Assembly (NCBI GenBank): GCA_964016885.1
Contig: OZ024743.1
Span: 325,872,001 to 325,936,000, forward strand
Reading direction: 5' to 3'
Source of the DNA: Eledone cirrhosa
Lineage: Eukaryota
DNA: 64,000 nucleotides
The position numbers and the translations under genes were made by a program. Of the stretch, positions 53,701 through 64,000 are shown piece after piece. How positions within the stretch are numbered: position 1 is the first letter of the stretch; each line of letters starts with the position of its first letter. A model generated the notes under the pieces. That model was not told the origin of the DNA and searched no databases. It was given only the letters and a program-made list of their open reading frames with translations.

Positions 53701-54678
53701 TCCATATACGTATACGGTTAAAAGCTGAAGGCTGCTAACACATTTGTGTATTTGGGGAGTACTCTGAGTGTGACCTGCTCTCTGGATGCAGAAGTTGGTC
53801 TACGTGTTAGTAAGGCAAGTGAGTCATTTGGAAGGCTCAACGACCGTCTTTGGTGCAGGCGAGGAATCACAATAAGGACCAAGGTGAGAGTGTATGTTGC
53901 ATGTGTACTGTCAGCTTTGCTGTATGCATGTGAGACATGGGTTGCCTACAAACGGCATATCCACAGACTGGAACGGTTTCACCGGCAGTGTCTCAGAAAG
54001 ATGCTCGGTATCAAGTGGCAGATGGATGTGAGTGATGTTGAGGTCCTTGAGAGAAGTGAGTGTCGGAGCATTGAGATTATTGTCCACCAACGGTGTTTGC
54101 GATAGACCGGACACCTCTGCAGAATGGAGGATGATCGAATCCCAAAACAACTCTTGTATGGCAAGCTTTGTGAGGGTAAGAGACGACCTCACAAGCCAAA
54201 GCTCCGATTCAAGGATTGTGTAAAGGACTCATTAAAAAAAACTGGTTTGATGATGGCTGACTGGGAGATAGAAGCTCTTGAAAGAGAAACTTGGCGTGGA
54301 ATGGTGAATGATGGGGTCCATAATTTTGAGGACAGACGCATAGAGCACGAGAAGATCAAACGGGATGTGCGTAAGCAATGCCCTGGTGTATCTCTCGAAA
54401 CGATCGGTGTCTCCATTGAATTGAAGTGCTCTGAGCAAATCTGGTCTCAGGAGTCACAGTCGCAGCCATGTTCAAAGAGAACCAGTGAACTATGATCTCC
54501 ACGGTGTTGTGAAGGTTCACGGGCAACCTGATGCAGGACCTCAAGCCAGGGAGATCCATAGTTGTCGTCAGTGTGTGAAGGAGTGCAAGTCTCGAGTATG
54601 CTTGAAAAGCCATATCCGAGCGTCCCACATCTGAATCTGACAAGCGATTGCAATACTCTTGGCAGAGTTTGCAGCCAT

Positions 54679-54680
<2 letters not shown>
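50775..54680 (+). mobile_element. Near full-length decayed RTE (BovB-like) LINE
   Basis: APE (GCWNVKT, ALSE, VYAPT, GDFNARVG, TDHRL) and RT (NYRDISLL, FVDLTKTFD, GVKQG, YADD, YLGS, LYACETW) are colinear across several frameshifted ORFs. Internal 22-bp tandem duplication near 51953-52012. Confidence 0.93.
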
Positions 54681-54715
<35 letters not shown>

Positions 54716-57700
54716 GTGTGTGTGTGTATATATATATATTTGCATACAATGAAAAAGACGATAAAATTAAGTGAACGACGCTTCACACCACCTTCTGATG
54801 AGGTGTCTGGAAACGTCGATCAAATTATAGATTTAAGAACTTCGTTGTTCCAAATGAGATGCAAAGGACTCATAAAAATAGAGAAAAATCTAATAGAAAA
54901 AGGTAAAACGTAGGTATGTCTTCTATAACTCATGTCTAAAAGAAAGACCTTTCCCCATACGCGCACGCACACACACACAAACAAACACACACAAACTCAC
55001 ACACATACTCACACACACACATATATGTGCGTGTGTATGTGTGCATACATTACATTATACACACACAGACACTCACTCCCACGCACGCACGCATGCATGC
55101 ACACACACACAGACGCTCACTCCCACGCACGCACGCATGCATGCACACACACACACACACACGCACACACACACACACACATATCAAGGTGGCAAGATGG
55201 ATTCGGTAAGAAACTGGTTAAACTATTTCTCACCAGAGTACTGGATACTAGAGGTAGTAGAGTATGGTTATAAGAATAAGTCAGGACCCGGGAGTCTGAA
55301 ACTTGGTGTTGAAACGGCTCAGCCGTTCGGGTCCTCAATCATTCTTATATATATATATATTATCTACTGATGAACGATTCCAACCGTGACCATCCCCACT
55401 GAAAGGTTTCATGAAATAGTCTTTTTAAGACTATATAGAGCATTTGTAGTTTTTCCAAATTGAAGGATGAGTATTTAAACTTTATTTTATTCAGAGTTAA
55501 GACTCTATTGATTTTTCCCTGGATTTCACAAAATTCTGTGGATAAATCTATGTCTTGATTTTTTTTAAATTGAGTTTGAATTATTTTCCCACATCTTACG
55601 TTAACTATTTTTCCATTTTGACGTTATAGTCACTTATATATTATAAAATACTGTTGGCTTCTTGCTCACAATAATTTCTATACTTTCATTTATATTATAT
55701 ATATATATATGTGTGTGTGTGTTCGTGTGTAACACCTGGAGTTGATCAGATCACAGAAATTTAATAGTTTGTTGTTTATTACCTCAACATGTGTTTTAAA
55801 GTTATTTAAAACCATTGTCTTAACGTCACGCTTGAACCATTTAAGACACCATCGAAAACCGTACATGGATACATATATTTTATAACATACCTATACAAAT
55901 TCGTCGATATATACACTTTCTCTACGCTTACAAAGCAGAAATTTGAGTGCCATTAAAAATACCACCTAGTTTGTGATTCATTCAAGCGCATCAATAGTCA
56001 CCTAACCTTCCACAGTCGAGGGATATATGACATTTTTTCAATTGTACTGACTGCATTTTCTCCTTTTGACAGTCTTTTGAATTTACTTTAGTGAGAAGCC
56101 GAAGCCCGTAAGTGATTTGTTTTTCTCCATCGTTTATATATTTCTATCATTACTCTACATAATAATAACAATAATAATAGTAAGATTCGCGGCTTTTTTT
56201 GTGGTCCTAGTGATTACCATCGTAAAATATTTCCGTCGGATATCTGTCTGAGACATTGTAAAGGAATAAGAGATCGTCAAAAAGTAACTTAGAGATATTA
56301 ACCGCGGTTGAATTGTGCAATACGTAAACAAAAATATAAGGTTTAACGGGTAAGTAAACTTACTGATTTTTTTTCTTTATTTGATCAACGAGCCAGTAGA
56401 CGCATCGATTTTTTTATGGATTGTATATATTTCTTCGTGAGGGCAAGTGGCTTTGTGGTGAGGGTGTTCAGTTGGTGATTGCAAGGTTGTGAGTTTGATT
56501 CGGCGAGTTGTGTCATTGAGCAAGACACTTTATTTCACGTTATTTTAGTGCAGTCATCTGACAAAGATAAATTGTACCTCTAATTCAAAGGGAATTGTCG
56601 GACGCTGCGTCACGCTGAATCTCCCTAAGAACTACGTTAAGCGTGCAGATGTCTGTGGAATGCTCAGGCACTTGCACGTTAATTTCATGAGCAGGCTTCT
56701 TCATTGATCGAATCAACTAGAACACTCATCGTCGGAATCGACGGAGGTCCAACCACCACCACCACCATCACCACCACCACCACTATCATTTATTTCTTCA
56801 AATCTTATCAATTCAAAATACCACTTATTTAGTATTATTCTTTCTTTTTTTGTCTTGTTTTTATCACTTATCCAATCACTTTATTAACTGAAACATACAC
56901 TAATTTATTCGGAGCTACGGTAGCCTATTTAGGAAATTAATTCTTCGCCGTTAAATGTAAGTGTGCAGGGCCGGACTTTCACCTGCTCAGGCCCTAAGCT
57001 ATATAAAATTTGAAGGGTAAAAACAATACGGTACATAAATATTTGTTGATGATTTAGTGTTAAAAAAAAGTAATAATGATAAAATAAAAATATGTTTTAA
57101 AAAAAGAGGCCCACGAGAGTGTTATTTAGCTTATAGGTATCTTATTTAGCTTATAGGTAAGTCCAGCACTGTCTGTGTATCTCCTCCTTTACAACACTTT
57201 CAGTCCCATCACTGAGATATATTTTAAAGATGTATGTTATATATAGTAACAAAGCAAACGTAACAAAACTAGAGCAGCCCGAACATTCTATGTACAATGT
57301 CTCAGGCTTCACTTTGATTACAACCTACTGATATGTCATGTAATAAATTATGCACTGTCAGAATTGTATCTTGTTCTGTACTTTTGTAACATTTCTTATC
57401 AGCTCATTATAGAATGGAATGAACTTCTGTCGGATTCGACGATGAGTCTTCTAATTGTTTAATCAATGAAACAGCCTGCTCCTGCGTAACACAGTCTCTG
57501 ACAAAGCTAACCCCTTTGAATTACAGATACAGTCAAACAGATGAACTTCCAAACAGTTTCTCCCTACTCAGTTTCACTCACAAAGTATGAGTCGACAGGT
57601 AGTTATAAGTATATATATATATTATATTATATTATATTATATTATATTATATTATATTATATTATATTATATTATATTATTTATTCATTTATGTTCATAT

Positions 57701-57992
57701 ACAGAACAAAAGCGCTATCCAATGTTTCAAGACCCAAATTTGACCATACCACCAGAAAACAAGAGGGATCAAAATTGTGATCTATATTCAGGCGCTTATA
57801 CGTATTAGCGTCTGAAGAAAGGTCACTATTTTAATGCCTCTTATTTTCTGGAGGTATGGTCAAATTTGGGTCTTGAAACCTTGGATAGTCCTTTTGTTCA
57901 GTATATGAACATAAATAAATATAATATTTCTGCTCTCTTCTCGATTGAGTACCGTTTTCCTTTTTGCTTTTTCGTACCTACAGATATTGCTA

Positions 57993-58069
<77 letters not shown>

Positions 58070-58106
58070 ACACACACATACATACATACATACATACATA
58101 CATACA

Positions 58107-58138
<32 letters not shown>

Positions 58139-58164
58139 CATAAATGCATATATATGTGTATGTA

Positions 58165-58390
58165 TGTTCTTCTGGTTTTATAAATGTTTGCCAATAGAGA
58201 GAGTCGGTTTCTAACATAGACACAAGACTCTCATTGGAATTTACACATCAACTAGGTAGATATGTCTGCATGCATGTGTAGATATGGATGTTATTGTATG
58301 TGTGGATGTGGATGTTTTGAGTTGTATGTGTGCATGTGCATATGCTTTGTATCTGTACAAATGTATATGCAGTTATTAGATCCAGAATGT
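58165..58390 (-). mobile_element. 3' UTR-only copy of the same R4/Dong-like element
   Basis: Reverse complement of about 35200-35444, flanked on both sides by (TATG)n. Confidence 0.88.
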
Positions 58391-58568
58391 ATGTATGTAT
58401 ACGACAGGCTTCTATAGTTCCCGTCTACCATTTTCCATTCACAATGTATTGGTTAACTTGAAGCTATCATTGAGGACATCAGCTCAATGAGTCATGCGGT
58501 GAGACTTAACACAGAAACGCTGTGTAGGCGTCATGATTGCGCCTACACGGTCATATATATATATGAAA

Positions 58569-58636
58569 ATTGCCTTGTCTGATGAACGAATGCGGACGTT
58601 TCTTGTATTCGTCTTATTCGGGAAAGCTCTGGTAAT
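58569..58636 (+). ncRNA. Hammerhead-like motif (third family)
   Basis: auugcc..CUGAUGA-acgaau...auucgg-GAAA-GCUC^u-gguaau. Helix I is bulged. Confidence 0.5.
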
Positions 58637-58672
58637 GAGGTAATTATACTGCATTGTTTATTATACATTAAA

Positions 58673-58757
<85 letters not shown>

Positions 58758-58820
58758 AAAACAAGATGGCGTAGGACAGAACAAAGGAGAGGCACAAAAA
58801 CAAAGAAAAAATAATCCCCA

Positions 58821-58863
58821 GTCACTGAAGAGGTCACAGAATGTGTGACGAAAGAACTTTGAC
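58821..58863 (+). ncRNA. Hammerhead-like motif (second family), with a degenerate copy at 46067-46112 on the minus strand
   Basis: guca-CUGAAGA-g-gucac(agaaugu)gugac-GAAA-gaacuu^ugac. Confidence 0.65.
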
Positions 58864-59143
58864 AATATATGAACAATTGTCTGGTTGTGGAACCAACCAA
58901 CCGGAAATTTATAAATTCCTAAATTTATAAATTTCATTTATAATAAATTGAAGTGAAAGCAACTGGTGCGTGTGTTTCTTATTGGCAACATGACCCTCCT
59001 AAAGTATAACAATATATATATATATATCAATGATATTAATAAATGGAAACTATATTTATAAAACCATATTTATTCTATTATATATACTTCAAGAGAACCA
59101 AAACTTTACCCGGGGTATGTCACTATTTATAAAACAAATTTTG

Positions 59144-59204
59144 TATTTTATCTGATGAGAGCGTACCAAAGTTTTGGTACCCTTGAAATATATATAATAG
59201 AATA
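59144..59204 (+). ncRNA. Minimal type I hammerhead ribozyme
   Basis: uauuuuau-CUGAUGA-gagcguacca(aaguuu)ugguacccuu-GAAA-UAUAUAUA^auagaaua: 8-bp helix I with one GU, long helix II, palindromic helix III. Confidence 0.8.
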
Positions 59205-59333
59205 AATATGGTTTTATAAATATAGTTTCCATTTATTAATATCATTGATATTATATTTCAGAAAACTTGTCGAGTGCTTCGAATCTTTTATAAATATATT
59301 TGTTGAATTACCAACAAATTATATATCCCATTG

Positions 59334-59398
<65 letters not shown>

Positions 59399-59759
59399 TA
59401 AAATAACAGATTAAAGTTTAAGCAAAGAATCGCTGCTTTCACCCTTAACAGGATCTTCTGAAACTAACAAAGTCAATCTGTAAACGCAGAACTGGATATT
59501 TCAAAAAACGTTGCAACCGGAGGAAGACAGGAAGACGATACTTTGGTTCGTGGTAACGTTCGCTGGCAAAGAACGGGAAAAAACAAATAATACGTCATTA
59601 ATCAGCGATTCTTTGCTTAAACTTTAATCTGTTATTTTAATAAATATTTGCTCTACGGTTCTTATATATTTGATATATATTTTTCCTTATCGAGCCCTCT
59701 TTGGATTTTAGTCTTCAATTTTATTATTATTACTATATATATATATATATATATATATA

Positions 59760-59835
<76 letters not shown>

Positions 59836-60111
59836 TGTGTGTGTGTGCGCGCGTCTGTGTGCATGTGAGTATTACGAACACTGCTATCCTGTTTGTAAGA
59901 GAGCTGGAATAAATATTTTGGCCTATATATCTTCATATTTTATCTACTATAAACCCATCTTAGATACTTGCATACCAAAATGCATGCCAAAACGTGCTAC
60001 ACTAAGTGTTTTCGTATGTGTGCATTTTTATATATTTATATATATGTGTGTGTGTGTGCAGAGTGCTTGATTTGGTATCAGCACCAGTATTTCACATCCT
60101 TTTCCATATGC

Positions 60112-60146
<35 letters not shown>

Positions 60147-60160
60147 TAAATATATATATG

Positions 60161-60249
<89 letters not shown>

Positions 60250-60298
60250 ATATATATACATATATGCATATAAATAATATATATTTATATATATGTGT

Positions 60299-60907
60299 AT
60301 TTCATTTCTCACTCTGAGTACGGCTGTTACTTAAATGTAAGTATGTATGTATACGTACATATATGTATACAGATACAGTAGTATGTATATATATATACAT
60401 ACATGCACACATATATATATGCACGTATCGGTTTACCGAACATTTATTATAATGCCGGTTTGTTTATAAACAAACAGCCCGAATTACGCCGTACAGTGTT
60501 TAGGCAACCACCTCACCTTTTTGTTCAACACTGACACAGGAACGATGTACTAGTTTCAAGCTTATTAGCTATCGTCAGCATCGTATACCTTCCTGCCAGA
60601 TGGTTGAACGTCTGAAAGTATATACTTTCCTTATGCATATTAACGGCTGAGCAGCCTAATTTGCATATCGAGTGAGTTTAGTCGGCCGGGCGCACAGAAA
60701 ACGATAAATGGAATAGAATGAAACGAAATTTCATTTCTCACTCTTAGTACGGCTGTTACTTAAATGTAAGTATGTATGTATACGTACATACATATATGTA
60801 TACAGACGTACAGTAGTATGTATATATATATACATACATGCACACATATATATGCACGTATCGGTTTACCGAACATTTATTATAATGCTCGGTTTGTTTG
60901 TAAACAT
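60299..60907. repeat. About 175-bp direct repeats (60299-60472 and 60728-60907) around a unique core
   Basis: atttcatttctcactct...ggtttgtttrtaaaca occurs twice, and the block is flanked by (TA)/(TG) tracts. Confidence 0.9.
60543..60583 (-). ncRNA. Minimal type I hammerhead ribozyme
   Basis: cgaug-CUGACGA-u-agc(uaauaa)gcu-u-GAAA-CUAGUA^caucg: 5-bp helix I, 3-bp helix II, palindromic ACUAGU helix III, GUA cleavage triplet. Confidence 0.8.
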
Positions 60908-60923
60908 ATATATATATATATAC

Positions 60924-60955
<32 letters not shown>

Positions 60956-61259
60956 AATTTTAGTTGTAAAAATGGGAGAAATTATATATTTTCTATTATA
61001 ACAGGGAATCTACATCAGTATCTCAAGGACCTAGAGTTTTATGCGTAAATAATTCAGCAATCTCTGTGTCTGTGTCTGTACGAGTGTATGTATGTGGATA
61101 TGTGAATGTGTGTGTGAGCGCGCGCGTGTGTCTACGTGACACTTTCAGTAGCAACCTGCCATGTCAGTCTCCGGGATTTCATGTCTTCAACTGTTGGATT
61201 GCATGCTGTTTATTAACGCTTATGCATTTTATTTATGCAAGTGCATTTATATTTTTATA

Positions 61260-61295
<36 letters not shown>

Positions 61296-64000
61296 TACGT
61301 GTATGTGTGTGTGTGTATATATATATATATTTATATATATACACGCTTATACATATACGCATTTGCATACACGTAAACATTTCTCAGCGCATATCTAACT
61401 TGATGTAGCTTTGTTTATTGCGAAAGTTGCGTGAATATGTGTGTATGTACATACATACATACATACATACATACATACATACACACATACATACATACAT
61501 ACATACAGACACACATACATACATACACACATACATACACACATACATACATACATACATACATACATACATACATACATACATACATACATACATACAT
61601 ACATACACGCAAACATATATTCGTACATTTGGCAGGCAAGCATGTAAGAAATCTTCGTGCGTGAGTATTAAGTAACAAGCTCCTTTGATGTCACTCAGAT
61701 CGCAGCTTTGTCTCTCTTACAATATCTCGTTACGGTCGCTGAAGGAAAAAAAATGAGAACAAGAGGTTTGAGTGTGTGAATCACTAAATTATCCTTTCTT
61801 AACCAAAGAAGCAAATGGTGAATGTGGAGAGGCGAAACCCACTCAACGTTTCAATTGCAGCGTCTATCTGGTAACGCAACACTGCACTTTAGATTAGCTT
61901 GCTAACCCCAAAAATTACTATTCGGGTCTTCTACAGAATATGAACAGTGCTAGGAAATAAATACACCACATACAAAATGAATGTAGAAGCTTCTATTTTG
62001 TAAATACTAGAAATAACAGTCGAAGTTTCCCTAAAATCATACTCTACTATCTTACTGGAAGTACACGTTGAATAATGTAATCATTTGTGTCTAGGAATGT
62101 GGACACAGCAAGGTCGAATAGTTAAGATCGCTCTGCAGCCATTTTGGTCCTGGGTTCGATCTCACTGCGTGACATCTTCGGGTAAGTGTCACTTAACATT
62201 GCAGCGAGTCGGCTCATGCCTTACGAGCAAAATTGGGTAGATGGAAACTGCTTAGAAGCCCGTTGGATGGAATGAACCTGTAATTAAAAATGATAGCTTG
62301 GTCTCAACTGTGTCGCGCTGAATTTCCCTAAGAATTACGTTACGTGAACATGTGACTGTAGATTGCTTAGCCACTTACACATTAATTTCATGAGCAAGTT
62401 GACCCTTTGATCAAACAACTAGAACACCCATTGTCGAAACAAACACTAACTCATCCACAAAGAGGGGAAGATTGATACTGTATATGTTTGGATTTATTTG
62501 TATTAACCAAAGCTAAGACTTATAAGTAGGCAAGCCAACGACGGGGTCTCTACAGGATCACTTGATCTGCCAGGACATACTACTAAATTTCCTCCAAATA
62601 AATCCTTAACCTCCGATTAAACAGATCTACGATCAAAAATGTTTCAGCTATGACCATCCGAACTTTGTTTTTAGTACTGCTGCCATGTGTACAGTTTGTA
62701 CAGCTGCCTGAAATTATTAGTGACGATCTTTCCCAGTCAACTTTATCCCAATTTCTCTCTTCCTCCCTCACCCTCTCTCACCTCTCACTTTCTATATATA
62801 TATATATATATATGGGTGGGTGGGGGGTGTAACTGAGTGAGTGAGTGAGTGAGTGAGTGAGTGAGTGAGAAGATAAGGGAGTTTTCATTTTATGTTGGTA
62901 AAATCGAATTTGTGCGGAATGATTATGTAAATAATTGTTTCTACTTTTGGCATAAGGCCAGCAATTATCCCAGTGTATTACTGGTACTTTATTTGATCGA
63001 CTCCGTAAGGATGAAAGGCAAAGTTAACCTCGGCGGGATTTGAACTCAGACCATAAAGGGGCATAACTCTTTGCTGCAAAGCATGGCGTCCGACCCTCTA
63101 CCGATACTGCCAATCCAATAATGAAAGAACAGTTTACCAGAGATTTTTCTCAACGTATTTAATGGAATTATATAATATAACAAGGTTCCAAGAATTCACG
63201 AAACAATTTAGTATATAATGTTACATTAGGAAAAACAGGCAAGGAGTGAAGAGAAATTTGAAGAGAGATTTATTTGATTAAATAATCTAACTCGTGTTTC
63301 TTTATTGATTTCATAATCATCTACGAGAGCTGCATAGGAATATTTTTTCTATTCACTCACTCGCATTATGTTTGTATTCGATAATTCATCAAAGATTAAT
63401 GAAATAGTAAATATTGTTATACTTTGGGAGGGTCATGTTGCCAATAAGCCAAAATAGTAAATATTTTAGGTATATTTGTGTAGAAAGGAAAGAAGGAAGA
63501 AGTGAAGTAGACAGTAGCCAATGGGCTTTAAGTATTCATGGTAATGCCGGAGTAAGAAATGTTATTGACTGAGAGGAATTTATTCTATAATTCAAAGAGG
63601 CCCACTTTAGAACGAACATCTTAATTCTATTCTCCAGCCGATTTAGCCGTTAGCTCAATATGCAAATAAAAATAATCAGCCCATGTATATAGGTGTCAAA
63701 ACTATATGTGTTCGCTTATATTGAGATCCAGCAGAGATCATGGTAAGGGAGCAGTGTCTTGATAACGACTAAAGTCAGAAATGACGTCGTCGACGGTTAC
63801 TCACCCTTTGCTTCTGCTGGAATCCGCTATATAGCGCTATGTCACCAGTTTCCAAATTCATAGCTGAAGGCTTTCAAAATGTTTGTTTATAAACATACTG
63901 TATATCATTAGATATACAAAATACTCATACTTATATACAGCTATGCTAGAGTGAACATCTTAATTATATATATTGTTTCCACCCCCAGACATATGCCAGA

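Larger units (their letters stand above)
57600..61620. repeat. Microsatellite-dense zone: (TA)n, (CA)n, (CATA)n, (TATAT)n
   Basis: Seen directly. Similar tracts near 4110, 14985, 22810, 23335, 32445, 37485, 38015, 38820, 39310, 44130, 45155, 47765, 50660 and 54680. Confidence 0.97.

Noticed and set aside
54795-54817. CUGAUGA..GAAACGUC motif (also 38148-38190 and 55367)
   Set aside because: Helix I/II pairing is too weak or the core is mutated. At most these are decayed hammerheads, so they are not called as features.
56074-56108. Plus-strand 35-nt micro-exon candidate (ttttgacag...gtaagt)
   Set aside because: No partner exons or homology. Such site pairs arise by chance in 64 kb.

Overview
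AT-rich, microsatellite-dense animal genomic DNA, most likely a coleoid cephalopod (Octopus-like, judged from its SINE/LINE repertoire; this is recognition, not a database match). Most ORF-track entries are microsatellite or transposon noise. Two host-type spliced genes, both on the minus strand, are missed or only partly seen by the ORF track. (1) An intact 3-exon gene (12115-12110, 5442-5246, 4390-4309) encodes a 94-aa secreted peptide with 8 cysteines and no family I can recognise. (2) An alpha-tubulin 5' relic (ATG exon at 29229, exon 2 at 26948-26735) has Trp21 replaced by an in-frame TAG, and its exon 2 is bracketed by inverted SINEs. The rest is mobile DNA: a decayed Ty3/Gypsy pol, two tandem R4/Dong-like RLE retrotransposons sitting in (CATA)n, a Penelope (GIY-YIG) element with an inverted pLTR, RTE LINEs (one 5'-inverted), CRE-like fragments, an Hsmar2-like mariner, MITEs and many tRNA-SINEs. 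About ten minimal hammerhead-ribozyme motifs, intact or degenerate, sit in short non-coding, often fold-back elements next to (TA)n/(CA)n tracts.
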